This document shows, piece after piece, positions 45,675 to 54,504 of a DNA stretch of 64,000 bases. Numbering within the stretch: the stretch's first letter is position 1; the number at the start of each line of letters is the position of its first letter. Under the pieces are notes generated by a model. That model was given only the letters and a program-made list of their open reading frames with translations. It was not told the origin of the DNA and ran no database searches. The stretch comes from a virus. Its lineage: Duplodnaviria > Caudoviricetes. The DNA lies in IMG/VR virus record IMGVR_UViG_2841531823_000001, positions 1 to 64,000 of that record. The stretch is one strand, 5' to 3'. The position numbers and the translations under genes were made by a program.

Positions 45675-46667
45675 TCATTCAGCAGCCCTCGCGAATAGGT
45701 CGCCGGTGTGCCCGGCGACGGACAGGATCCGGTCGTGCATGAGATCGATGCTGTCCGGGTTCAGTTCGCACAGGATCGCCTTGCGCCCGTGCTTCAGCGC
45801 GACGCCGCCGGTCGTGCCGCTGCCGCCGAAGGGGTCCAGTACCACGCCTCCGACCGGCGCGCCGGCAAGGATGCACGGCTCGATCAGCTGCGGCGGGAAG
45901 GTCGCGAAGTGCGCGCCGCTGTAGGGCTTGGTCGTGACGGTCCAGACGGAGCGACGGTTGCGGAGACCGCCGACGCCGTTCCATTGCTCATCATTTCCGC
46001 GGGCCGTCCCGTCCGCGTTCCCATAGCTCAGTCGTGCACCGCGCTTGAAGCCGTTGCCGCTCGGGTGGTCACTGACGGCCGGCTCCTTGATCGCCTCATG
46101 ATCGAAGGAATAGCGTCGGCTCTTCGTGAGCATGTAGATCATCTCGTGCGCCGGCGTCGTGCGATCCGTCACGCTCGACGGCATCGGGTTCGGCTTGTGC
46201 CAGACGATCTCGTCGCGGAGCCACCAGCCGTCAGCCTGGAGCGCGATGGCGAGCCGGGCAGGGATCATCATGCGATCCTTCACCTTGAAGCCCGGCGGGC
46301 AGCGGTTGGCGCGCTTCGGATGGTTGGCTATCTGAGATCCGCGCCACGAAGCCGCCGCGGCTTCGGTCTCGCGGCGGCCCTCGGCGCCCCAGCTGCCAGC
46401 GTAGCTGTCGCCGATGTTGATCCAGCATGTGCCGTCATCACGAAGGACTCGGCGAACCTCCCGGAACAGATCGACCAGTCGCGCAATGAATGCGTCCGGG
46501 GTCTCCTCGAGCCCGATCTCGAGCGCCTTGTCCGGGTGATCGTCCGGAAGGTAGGAGCGTAGACCGAAATAGGGCGGGCTGGTGACGCATGTGTGGACGT
46601 TGCAATCCGGCAGCGTGCTCAGCGACGCGAGGCAGTCTCCGGGCATGATGGTGATGCCGGGGATCAT
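45675..46667 (-). CDS. DNA N4-C/N6-A methyltransferase (beta class)
   Basis: VTSPPY precedes VLDPFGGSGTT; HFATFP. Confidence 0.9.
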   Translation of the reverse strand: MIPGITIMPGDCLASLSTLPDCNVHTCVTSPPYFGLRSYLPDDHPDKALEIGLEETPDAFIARLVDLFREVRRVLRDDGTCWINIGDSYAGSWGAEGRRETEAAAASWRGSQIANHPKRANRCPPGFKVKDRMMIPARLAIALQADGWWLRDEIVWHKPNPMPSSVTDRTTPAHEMIYMLTKSRRYSFDHEAIKEPAVSDHPSGNGFKRGARLSYGNADGTARGNDEQWNGVGGLRNRRSVWTVTTKPYSGAHFATFPPQLIEPCILAGAPVGGVVLDPFGGSGTTGGVALKHGRKAILCELNPDSIDLMHDRILSVAGHTGDLFARAAE

Positions 46668-47023
46668 GACTCGCGGATCCTGTATCCCATTGCCTCGGCC
46701 GCGGCCTTGCGGACGATATAATCGCGGGTGCGCATTCCCTTGGAATCCTCGTAGACGCGCGCCCAGCCCTCCCGGCGGTCCTCATAGGAGAAGTCGACGG
46801 TGAGGCGCATTGGGCGGCCCGAGGGTGTGCGGAGCGGCCCGGCGGGCCCCTCGAGCATGATGGCGACTTGGAGCTGCAGGTCGCGGATCTCGCCCGCGCG
46901 CTCGAGGAGCAGCAGCTCGCCGTAGCGCCGGGCCTCGCGCTTGCTGTCGAAGGTGATGCCATTCACGGTCGTCGGGACCGCGCAGAACTTGTTGCGGCGC
47001 GGGCGCTTCACAGGAGGCTTCAT
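46664..47023 (-). CDS. DUF1064-like endonuclease
   Basis: GITFDSKREARRY..DF..EDSKG PD-(D/E)xK motif. Confidence 0.8.
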   Translation of the reverse strand: MKPPVKRPRRNKFCAVPTTVNGITFDSKREARRYGELLLLERAGEIRDLQLQVAIMLEGPAGPLRTPSGRPMRLTVDFSYEDRREGWARVYEDSKGMRTRDYIVRKAAAEAMGYRIRES

Positions 47024-47232
47024 GCCGCCACCTTGCGCCTGAACGCGGCGCCGCACTCGATGGGCCCCTCGGCCTCGATCTCGCCGCGCGATTCCAGATC
47101 GGCGAGCGCCTGCAGGATGTGGATCACCGGGACGAAGCGGAGCGGCGCGAGTAGGGAAGCATCCCAAGGGGTGAGGCTGCGGCCATCGACCAGAGCGGCG
47201 AGGAGCGTCTCGCAGATCGCATCGTGCGTCAT
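47020..47232 (-). CDS. hypothetical protein
   Basis: ATGA-coupled ORF in operon. Confidence 0.55.
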   Translation of the reverse strand: MTHDAICETLLAALVDGRSLTPWDASLLAPLRFVPVIHILQALADLESRGEIEAEGPIECGAAFRRKVAA

Positions 47233-47438
47233 GCGCGCGCCTCCCGCTGGGCCCGCTCAAGCGCGCGCACCGGGTCGTCATAGAAGCTCCGGTATCGGCC
47301 ATGCGCCCGATCGCACAGGCCACGATAGAGCCTGAGCCAGTTGGGCATCGCGCGGAGGGGCTCGGTGGCGCTCCATGCGCCGCGCTGCATGGTGAATGTG
47401 CCGTCGTCGTTCAGGGTGACGGCCATGGGATCAGGCAT
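47229..47438 (-). CDS. hypothetical protein
   Basis: GGAG RBS, coupled ORF. Confidence 0.55.
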   Translation of the reverse strand: MPDPMAVTLNDDGTFTMQRGAWSATEPLRAMPNWLRLYRGLCDRAHGRYRSFYDDPVRALERAQREARA

Positions 47439-48012
47439 CGCTGGTCTCCACATCTGGGGTGAATTTGTCGATCTCGTTGCCGAACGCGGCCCATCCGGGC
47501 CGCTGGGCGCGGGCGAACATCTCGAGCCGCCGCGTCTCGGGGAATCGGCGCTCGATCTGCTCATGCACCCACCCGGGCTTGCGGGAGTGCTCGCGCTGCT
47601 CGCCGGGGATGATGCTGTCGGGGAACATGGCGGGCAGTTCGACGGGGAACCGACCGCGGCGGCCGATGTAGAGCAACTCGTGCCGGTTCCGGGCGTAGTA
47701 GCCGGTCCCGATCCGGGTCTTCGGCCAGACCAGCTGCGAGCCATAGGCGAATCCCCAGGAGCGCAAGACGCGGAACGCGCGCTCCGCGAAAGGCACCGTC
47801 ACCCACATGAGACAGAGGGCGTCAGGGGCAGCGATGGCCTTGACGGGCAGGGCCTCGATCTCGCCCACCTTCATGCAGCGGTAGTGCCGGATCGCATTGC
47901 GGCCGGGCTTGTTCTCGGAGTTGCTGGCAAAGCGCCACGGCGGATCCGCGAGGATCACGTCGAAGCCACCGGCCGGGCGCATTTCGATGAGCTCGCGCGC
48001 TGCGTCGTTCAT
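47431..48012 (-). CDS. MT-A70 family N6-adenine methyltransferase
   Basis: ILADPPW, HSRKP, LEMFAR..GW..FGNE. Confidence 0.9.
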   Translation of the reverse strand: MNDAARELIEMRPAGGFDVILADPPWRFASNSENKPGRNAIRHYRCMKVGEIEALPVKAIAAPDALCLMWVTVPFAERAFRVLRSWGFAYGSQLVWPKTRIGTGYYARNRHELLYIGRRGRFPVELPAMFPDSIIPGEQREHSRKPGWVHEQIERRFPETRRLEMFARAQRPGWAAFGNEIDKFTPDVETSDA

Positions 48013-49091
48013 TCGCACAACCCGTACTGGCTGGAGCACGCGAGACCATCCTCGGCCGCGATGCGGTCGAGCAAGTTGAACTGGCGGCCGCCGCGGTCCG
48101 TGGTGGCCCACAGGAACACTTCGTCGGCCCGAGGCCACGGCGCGCTGGCGCTGATCTCGGCCATGCGCGCGGTCAGGCGGGCGGCGAAAGCGGGCGATGG
48201 CTTGCCGTCCTCGGTCGCCTCGGGGATGTCTGGGTGGTGCCGCAGCACCCACGCCCGGGCCTGCCGCTTGAGGCGGCGGCCCAGAGCCGCACCTTCCGGC
48301 GTCACGTCCGAGGCAAAGAAGGTCGCGGCGCCGCGCTTGGAGGCGTCCTTGACCAGCGACTCCCACGCCATGAGCTTCTCGACCGCCTCGGGGAAGCGGC
48401 GGCCGATCTCCGCCAGCTCGCCCTTGCCCGCGTTGATGCAGGGGAAGCAGCCGACACGGCCCATGCCCTGCCGATAGAGGGGGTTTGGAGGCAGGCCGCG
48501 GCGCGCGAGGTGGGCGAACACGTCAGCCGCGGTCCATGTCGCGATGGGCCGGTAGAACACGATGTCATGCGCCGCATCGGACCGCCGCACCCGCTGCAGG
48601 ATCGGCGCGTCCCGGCGGTTCAGGCTCTCGTCGCGGCGCACGCCCAGCCATTGCACCACCGGGCCGGCGTCGAGGGCCGGCCGCACGATGCCGTCCTCGA
48701 TGGTGCGGGATTTCAGGAAATCGGTGCAGAACTGCGCCTTGCGCGACGGGAACCGCCCCTTCCAGATGCAGAGATCGAGGAACGGGTTTCCGGTCGGCTG
48801 CAAGACTTCCAGAGCGCGGGCGACACGATCCGCCGGCACGCCCTTGGCCAGCCAGTCCGCTTCGACCATGGCGCGCTTGCGGGCCAGCTGCTCGGAGAAG
48901 TCGGCCCGGGCGATCTCGAGCGGGCGGCCGACGAACTCGGCGACCTGATGGGCATAATCGACCGTTACCGGGGCCTCGTGTCCAGTATCGGCCATCACGA
49001 GGCGGAACGGGCGCCCGCGCTCGGCCGCGAGGAGCGCACAGGCCGCGCTATCCTTGCCGCCGGAGACGTTGACGATGTGTTGGGTTGTCAT
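48009..49091 (-). CDS. PAPS reductase family protein
   Basis: SGGKDS PP-loop, DTG, GVRRDES..R, RVGCFPC. Confidence 0.88.
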   Translation of the reverse strand: MTTQHIVNVSGGKDSAACALLAAERGRPFRLVMADTGHEAPVTVDYAHQVAEFVGRPLEIARADFSEQLARKRAMVEADWLAKGVPADRVARALEVLQPTGNPFLDLCIWKGRFPSRKAQFCTDFLKSRTIEDGIVRPALDAGPVVQWLGVRRDESLNRRDAPILQRVRRSDAAHDIVFYRPIATWTAADVFAHLARRGLPPNPLYRQGMGRVGCFPCINAGKGELAEIGRRFPEAVEKLMAWESLVKDASKRGAATFFASDVTPEGAALGRRLKRQARAWVLRHHPDIPEATEDGKPSPAFAARLTARMAEISASAPWPRADEVFLWATTDRGGRQFNLLDRIAAEDGLACSSQYGLCE

Positions 49092-50431
49092 GCCGCTGCC
49101 CCCATCACTTCACGGATGGCGGTCTCGCTGGTGCTGATGAACTCGGCCGCCGTTACCGGGTCGATCGCGTTTCCATAGCCCCGCAGGCGCATCACTCTAC
49201 GGGCATCTCCTTTGGCTTTCGGGGCGAGCGGGAAGGAAGCGGGCACGAAAGCGCCGCTACGCACCAACTCGGCGGGTATCTCATCAGCCATCCCGAGAAC
49301 CGAGGATTGAGCTGGCCGCCACTTGCCATCCCGGCAGAGGAGCCAGTCAGGAGCGTCCCAGATGCCGTGAGCCGGGCCGGGCCGGTCACGCTGCACAACT
49401 CCACCGTCTTGCGGCTGCTGTCCGTGTTGCCCGCCGGGTTGTTCCCGTTCTGCGCTGGCGTTCCAGCCATCGGCGTCGGCCAAGCGGCGATCGTCGCACC
49501 GCAGGACAGCAGCGTGAACGCCTGCTCCGATAACGGCTTGCCCCTCGGGTGTTCCGCTCTCGCGTCCAGAAACTCCTGCGTTCCAGAAGCGCCCTTCCAG
49601 TCCCGAGCGGAGGCCGTTGCCCAGCCCGCAAGCTGGGTCGCCATGCCCAGCGTCATCCCGAAGCCATTGTTGCCGTGACGGACCTTGCACTCCTCCCGGC
49701 GCTGCTCCCAGCGCGTATCCGTGTCGTTCTGCGGCCCGGCGTTCGGCGTCGGCCAGCCCGCAAGCATCGCGTGATCCGCAAGCTGCTGGGAATGCTTCTT
49801 CCCGCCCGGAAGCGCCCGCTTCGCCTGCCCGCCGCCGCTCCCGTCCGATGCGTTCGGCGTCGGCCAGCCATTCATGGGCAACGGCGACGAAGAAGGTGCG
49901 CTGTCGGATGTGGAACGCGCCGACGCCCGCAGCCGGAATATCTGACGCCCCAACGGCGTAACGTGCGGCTTCCAGGCGGTCTGATAGATCATCGAGCCAT
50001 GCCCACGGAGGCGCGACTGCAGCGCCGCCTCGAGCGCGACCTGCAGCCTTTCCGAAGACCTCCGCGCTGGCGACTTGCTCGCCAAACAGCACTCCGGGGC
50101 GGACGGCCCGGACCAGCCGAACAAAATGCGGTGCAAGGTGGCGGGGATCGTCGCGGGACAGTCCTTTCCCGGCGGCGGAGAAAGGCTGACAGGGAGGGCT
50201 ACCCGTCCACACGGATCTGTCGTCAGGCCATCCGGCGAGGCGGAGGGCTCGGCTCCATCCGCCGATGCCGGCGAAGAAGTGCCATTGGGTGAAGCCTCTG
50301 AGATCATCAGGGGAAACATCGAGTATTGATCGGTCATCCACCTCTCCATCAGCGATGAGGCCGCGCTTGATGAGCTCGCGCAGCCATGCCGCCGCGCCGG
50401 GGTCGAACTCGTTGTAATAGGCGCCGCTCAT
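49088..50431 (-). CDS. C5-cytosine DNA methyltransferase, alpha polypeptide
   Basis: FFAGIGG (I), GSPPCQPFS (IV), GEQV (VI), HIRQR (VIII), YGNAI (X); motif IX not seen. Confidence 0.88.
   Translation of the reverse strand: MSGAYYNEFDPGAAAWLRELIKRGLIADGEVDDRSILDVSPDDLRGFTQWHFFAGIGGWSRALRLAGWPDDRSVWTGSPPCQPFSAAGKGLSRDDPRHLAPHFVRLVRAVRPGVLFGEQVASAEVFGKAAGRARGGAAVAPPWAWLDDLSDRLEAARYAVGASDIPAAGVGAFHIRQRTFFVAVAHEWLADAERIGRERRRAGEAGASGREEAFPAACGSRDACGLADAERRAAERHGYALGAAPGGVQGPSRQQWLRDDAGHGDPACGLGNGLRSGLEGRFWNAGVSGRESGTPEGQAVIGAGVHAAVLRCDDRRLADADGWNASAEREQPGGQHGQQPQDGGVVQRDRPGPAHGIWDAPDWLLCRDGKWRPAQSSVLGMADEIPAELVRSGAFVPASFPLAPKAKGDARRVMRLRGYGNAIDPVTAAEFISTSETAIREVMGAAA
49192..50337 (-). CDS. overlapping +1-frame beta polypeptide of the C5 methyltransferase
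   Basis: Four W(P/A)T(P/A) repeats and QLNPRFSGWLMRYP motif IX-like end; start could be further downstream. Confidence 0.7.
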   Translation of the reverse strand: MTDQYSMFPLMISEASPNGTSSPASADGAEPSASPDGLTTDPCGRVALPVSLSPPPGKDCPATIPATLHRILFGWSGPSAPECCLASKSPARRSSERLQVALEAALQSRLRGHGSMIYQTAWKPHVTPLGRQIFRLRASARSTSDSAPSSSPLPMNGWPTPNASDGSGGGQAKRALPGGKKHSQQLADHAMLAGWPTPNAGPQNDTDTRWEQRREECKVRHGNNGFGMTLGMATQLAGWATASARDWKGASGTQEFLDARAEHPRGKPLSEQAFTLLSCGATIAAWPTPMAGTPAQNGNNPAGNTDSSRKTVELCSVTGPARLTASGTLLTGSSAGMASGGQLNPRFSGWLMRYPPSWCVAALSCPLPSRSPRKPKEMPVE

Positions 50432-51009
50432 GCCGCCACCGCCTTTTGCAGCGCCTCGCGTGCAGCCTGCTCGCGCGCCGCTACGTCCGCCATTTGGGCC
50501 GCAATTTGGGATACACGAAACTCCGCGAGAGAGAGCTTCGGGGTCCACGTCTTCCCCCTCGGGGGGAGATTGAGGCGCGCGGCGATGATGCGCACGGTGT
50601 CGCGGTTCACCCCGATGCACTGACCGATCTCGATGTTGCTGACGCCGGCCTCGAACATGGCCTTGAAGAGCTTGACGTCGATCTCTGGCCGCCTGCCACC
50701 GGGGGGGCGCTTGGATAGACCGAGTGCCTTGGCAATCTCGGTGGCGGTTTGCTTGCGGGGTGAACCGAGGGCGCTGGAGATGTCGTCACGCTTCATGCTC
50801 GGGTTGCGCCACATCGCCTCGAATGCCGCCCGGGAGATCCGGCGGCGGCTGACCTCGGCTTTGAACGGGATGTCGTGGGCGGACGCGAACTTCCAGATCG
50901 TGTTCCATTTCTCGCCTAGCCGATCGGCCGCCTGCCGGACCGTGAGCCCCTGAGCCGCGAGGTTGCGAAGCAGCGCGATGCGCTCCTGCGTGCGTTGCGC
51001 GCGCCCCAT
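50428..51009 (-). CDS. multi-HTH DNA-binding protein (GcrA-like N-terminus)
   Basis: TQERIALLRNLAAQGLTVRQAADRLG plus two more HTH-like repeats. Confidence 0.65.
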   Translation of the reverse strand: MGRAQRTQERIALLRNLAAQGLTVRQAADRLGEKWNTIWKFASAHDIPFKAEVSRRRISRAAFEAMWRNPSMKRDDISSALGSPRKQTATEIAKALGLSKRPPGGRRPEIDVKLFKAMFEAGVSNIEIGQCIGVNRDTVRIIAARLNLPPRGKTWTPKLSLAEFRVSQIAAQMADVAAREQAAREALQKAVAA

Positions 51010-51014
51010 TGCCG

Positions 51015-51194
51015 TCAGCCAAACAGCGCGCGGAAGGCGACGGCCCAGAACATGCCCCCGGTCAACACCGCGGGGATGAGCCACCAGCCAGAAGGAAGGC
51101 GGTTCTCGGCCTCAGGGATCTCGTCGGCCTCTGGCGGCGCGTTTGCGGTCAGAAGATGCAGGGTGGTGTCGATGGTGTTGGCGTTATTGACCAT
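51015..51194 (-). CDS. small membrane protein (59 aa)
   Basis: LPSGWWLIPAVLTGGMFWAV C-terminal TM helix; not in ORF track. Confidence 0.5.
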   Translation of the reverse strand: MVNNANTIDTTLHLLTANAPPEADEIPEAENRLPSGWWLIPAVLTGGMFWAVAFRALFG

Positions 51195-51254
51195 TTGGGA
51201 TTACCAGTCAGTCCGAATTATCTACGAAAACAAGCCCATGACGGGCTTGCCTAG

Positions 51255-51518
51255 TCACTTTTTTTGCCCATATTGGTCAGTGACGGCGCCGTTGGCGGGT
51301 CGACCGTGAAGCTCCTCAAGGGTGACCTTGATCCCGAGGCGTTTGGCTGACGCGAGGATAGCGTGGTGGTGCTTGGGCGGGATGTGCCCCCGCCCATGCA
51401 TCTTGTGGACGACGTGAGGCTTGACGCCGAGCTCGTTGGCGAGCCCGCGGCGGCTCGGCCAGCGGCCGATCACGTCGGAGATGATGGTGTTTGTGGGTGG
51501 GGATGGTGCTCTGCTCAT
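51255..51518 (-). CDS. Cro-like regulator
   Basis: WPSRRGLANELGV..RGHIPPKHH HTH; divergent from repressor. Confidence 0.75.
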   Translation of the reverse strand: MSRAPSPPTNTIISDVIGRWPSRRGLANELGVKPHVVHKMHGRGHIPPKHHHAILASAKRLGIKVTLEELHGRPANGAVTDQYGQKK

Positions 51519-51533
51519 GGTTTCGGGAGAATA

Positions 51534-51550
51534 ATGACCAGAATGGTTAT
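51534..51550. promoter_or_regulatory. 17-bp operator within leftward promoter
   Basis: ATGACC-AGAAT-GGTTAT lying between TTGACC -35 and the -10. Confidence 0.65.
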
Positions 51551-51653
51551 CGGTCAAGTGCCCAAGTTGGAGATTGCCGGTTCGTGCGCGGTTTCGGATA
51601 ACCCGCTTGAACGGGGGAATCTTTTGGCCGCGCCAGGAACGCTACATTTCGAG

Positions 51654-52001
51654 ATGATGCCGGAGAGGATCGGACGACGGCTCCGGTTCCTTCGGAAGGC
51701 ACATGGATTACGTTCGGCGGAGATCGCAGACCTGGTGGGCATTCCGCGCACCTACTGGTCACGGTTCGAACTCGGACGCCGCGCGCTCACCAACGACGTG
51801 GCGGCGTCCCTGTGTGATCGATTTGGGGTTTCGCTGGACTATCTGATACTTGGTCGGATGAGCGGGATGCCCTTTGAGATGGTCGAGAAGCTCCGCGAGG
51901 TTGAGTCGGCGGAGGCTGCCGGAGCATCTTCCGACGCCGACGATGGCGATGCGCCCAAGCCGCGTCGTCGCGCTTCGAAGAACAAGACGTCGAGCGACTG
52001 A
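51654..52001 (+). CDS. XRE-family HTH prophage repressor (start uncertain)
   Basis: IGRRLRFLRKAHGL..WSRFELGRR..FGVSLDYLILGR. Confidence 0.85.
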   Translation: MMPERIGRRLRFLRKAHGLRSAEIADLVGIPRTYWSRFELGRRALTNDVAASLCDRFGVSLDYLILGRMSGMPFEMVEKLREVESAEAAGASSDADDGDAPKPRRRASKNKTSSD

Positions 52002-52094
52002 CCAGTCTCCAGGGCCACGCTGGCCAGCGCGAGCAATTCGGGATTGTCGCGCCAGTACTCACCAGATTCGCTAGTCAAAATTTCCACTCCCTCT

Positions 52095-52122
52095 AAAGGC
52101 TTGCGGTTTCCGCAGGCCTTTT
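52095..52122 (+). terminator. bidirectional terminator after repressor
   Basis: AAAGGCTTGCGG/CCGCAGGCCTTTT stem-loop. Confidence 0.7.
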
Positions 52123-52178
52123 CGCCTTTTGCACCACCGCTGCAGACTGGCAAGTCCGGGCTGCGACGTATTGTGAGA

Positions 52179-52233
52179 ATGTCCATACGGGACATCTTCA
52201 GTCTTGACTATGACCGATTTGGACATTTACGGT
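52179..52233 (+). promoter_or_regulatory. rightward early promoter with two 17-bp operators
   Basis: ATGTCC-N5-GGACAT (52179-52195), ATGACC-N5-GGACAT (52210-52226); TTGACT-18nt-TACGGT. Confidence 0.7.
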
Positions 52234-52258
52234 GTGTCTCGCAGCATGGAGGCACACC

Positions 52259-52555
52259 ATGGAAACCCCCAAACCTACTACCGCAGGCGGTAACGCCGCG
52301 GGTCTGAAAGACAATTGCACCGCAGGTTGTGCGACCCCTTGGGCGACGCGCCGCCGCGATGAGACATTCCGTCGCTCCCTGTTCTTCATGGTGCTGTCCG
52401 AGCGTCAGCGCCGGCGTCGGGCCGAGTTCTGGCTCGATCTGTGGGCGGTGGCGGCCCTCGTCGGCCTTCTCGCGCTGGCCGCTTGGGTGGCAACCGGGCT
52501 GATCGGCGACGGTGCCGGAGCCGGAGCCGGCGTTGCGCTGGCAGGGTGGCCGTGA
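52259..52555 (+). CDS. hypothetical membrane protein
   Basis: GGAGG RBS; first gene after promoter. Confidence 0.6.
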   Translation: METPKPTTAGGNAAGLKDNCTAGCATPWATRRRDETFRRSLFFMVLSERQRRRRAEFWLDLWAVAALVGLLALAAWVATGLIGDGAGAGAGVALAGWP

Positions 52556-52677
52556 TGCGAGAGGCCCTCGTCATTTCTCTCGCACTGGTGGTGATGGCTC
52601 TGTGCGGCCGCACCATGATCGAGGCGCCGGCCAAGGTCGCCGCCACCATCCTGCAGGCGCAGGACCAGCGCTGGTGA
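52555..52677 (+). CDS. small hypothetical protein
   Basis: TGATG coupling. Confidence 0.45.
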   Translation: MREALVISLALVVMALCGRTMIEAPAKVAATILQAQDQRW

Positions 52678-52895
52678 GCGATCATCTTCCCGCATGGATG
52701 ATGTCCTCATGCCGCGCGACTGCGGAAGAGGACGCGCGCCGTGAGCGCGAGATGAACGAGCAGATCGAGGCGGAGCGGGCCAGATGCCGCCGCCTCGGAA
52801 TCCACAACCCACACCTCGGACTTGACCGGAGCGCCACGGGCGCAAGCCCGGCGAGCGTCACCGGCTACGGCTGGATGGCGGCCCGCGGTGAATGA
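52674..52895 (+). CDS. hypothetical protein
   Basis: GTGA coupling. Confidence 0.45.
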   Translation: MSDHLPAWMMSSCRATAEEDARREREMNEQIEAERARCRRLGIHNPHLGLDRSATGASPASVTGYGWMAARGE

Positions 52896-52914
52896 TCTGC
52901 AGGAGGCAGAGACC

Positions 52915-53139
52915 ATGCGCACGCACTACCGCAACAAGCTGACCGGGGAGGAGGTGGCGCTGACCGCCGCCGCCGAAGACCGCTTCTTCGACAACCGCTC
53001 GCCGTTCGAATGGGAGCGGGTGGAGGAGCCCGCATCGCGCACCGTCTACGAGCCATATCCGGGCGCGTTCGACCACATTCTTGGGCCTGAGGCCCCGCGC
53101 ACCCTGCGCGAGTTCGTCACGGACGAGGTGGAAGCATGA
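52915..53139 (+). CDS. hypothetical protein
   Basis: AGGAGG RBS. Confidence 0.55.
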   Translation: MRTHYRNKLTGEEVALTAAAEDRFFDNRSPFEWERVEEPASRTVYEPYPGAFDHILGPEAPRTLREFVTDEVEA

Positions 53140-53369
53140 CCGCCGCCCTCCGCGCCATGGCTCGCCATCATGGCACCCACGCGCACACCGCGGAGCAGCG
53201 GGCCGCTGCATCCGATCTACTCGCGGATCTCGAGCGCGCCCCGCGGTTCCGGGTGGAGTGCGATCGCACCTGTCGCTCGCTGGAGGGCGGGATCCATTCG
53301 GAAGCTGCGGCGGTGGCCGCGGCGATGGGAGCGGGCTTCAAGGATTACCACATCACGAGGATCGGATGA
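53136..53369 (+). CDS. hypothetical protein
   Basis: ATGA coupling. Confidence 0.55.
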   Translation: MTAALRAMARHHGTHAHTAEQRAAASDLLADLERAPRFRVECDRTCRSLEGGIHSEAAAVAAAMGAGFKDYHITRIG

Positions 53370-53746
53370 TCCGCCAGCCCTCATCCGTGTCGGCACTCTA
53401 CGCCTGGTGGAACGCCGCGCTGCGCGACCCCAGCACGCCGCGGCATGAGGGCGTGCCGGAAGCCGGTTTCTACAAGACCCGCCTCGTCCGTGGCGGGCCA
53501 TGGGTGCCGGTGCGGCTCTATGTTGAGCGCGAGATCGACCCGGAGACGGGCGAACTGCTCGGCCCGGAGCGCATCGTCGCCGAATGCGAGGGCGAGCGGC
53601 GCAACGCCGCGAAGCTCTGGCTTCACCTCACCCCGATTTCGCGGGCCGAGTTCGATGAGCTCACCGAGCGGCCCAAGAGCATCCCCGCCATGGCGGCCAC
53701 GCGGGCCGCTGTGGATCTCACCCTCTCACCGATGAGGCCATTCTGA
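53366..53746 (+). CDS. conserved phage hypothetical protein
   Basis: PEAGFYKTRLVRGGPWVPV motif; coupled. Confidence 0.65.
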   Translation: MIRQPSSVSALYAWWNAALRDPSTPRHEGVPEAGFYKTRLVRGGPWVPVRLYVEREIDPETGELLGPERIVAECEGERRNAAKLWLHLTPISRAEFDELTERPKSIPAMAATRAAVDLTLSPMRPF

Positions 53747-54504
53747 TGCTGGACAATGACGCGCCGCCGCCGGCAGGCCACAACAACCCGCCGCCGGATC
53801 TGCCCTACGATCCCGAGAAGCTCGCGACCTGCGAGGAGAAGGCGCGCGAGTTCGCCGATGCGGCGGGCGACTGGATCGCGCTCGGCAGGATCGAAACGAC
53901 GGAGCAGGCCGAGAAGGCCACCGATTTCGTGGCGGGCGGCCGTGCCCTCCTGAAGAAGATCCAGGCGACCCAGAAGGCGGCCAAGGAGCCCTGGGCGGTC
54001 AAGGCCACGGCCGCTTTCGACGCATTCAAGCCGGCGATCGAGATGCTCACGCGCTCGAACGATACGGTTCTGCGGATCCTGAACGACTTCCTCGAGCGCG
54101 AGCGGGTGCGGAAGCTGAAGGAGAAGCGCGAAGCCGAGGAGAAAGCGCGCGCCGAGCAGGAAGCCGCCCGTAAGGCTGCGGCCGAGGCAGCTGCGCGCGG
54201 CGACATCGCGGGGCAGGTGGATGCCGAGAAGGCCGCGAAGGAAGCCGAGAAGGCCGCGAAGAAGGCCGCGAAGGCTCCCGAGGTCAAGGTCGGCTCCGCC
54301 ACCGGCGCCGGGCGGACGATCAGCCAGCGCGAGGTCCGGTCCGCGAAGATCCTGAACCAGAACCTCGTCTACATGCACTTCCGCGATCACCCCGATGTGG
54401 TCGCTGTCCTGCAGCGTCTCGCCGACGCCGAGTACCGCGCGAAGGGCGGCGAGAACGCGAAGATCCCCGGAACCGAACTGGTCGTTGAGATGAGGGCCGC
54501 ATGA
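53746..54504 (+). CDS. coiled-coil phage recombination-module protein
   Basis: GHNNPP N-terminus, long coiled coil, IPG C-terminal motif; upstream of RecT. Confidence 0.65.
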   Translation: MLDNDAPPPAGHNNPPPDLPYDPEKLATCEEKAREFADAAGDWIALGRIETTEQAEKATDFVAGGRALLKKIQATQKAAKEPWAVKATAAFDAFKPAIEMLTRSNDTVLRILNDFLERERVRKLKEKREAEEKARAEQEAARKAAAEAAARGDIAGQVDAEKAAKEAEKAAKKAAKAPEVKVGSATGAGRTISQREVRSAKILNQNLVYMHFRDHPDVVAVLQRLADAEYRAKGGENAKIPGTELVVEMRAA

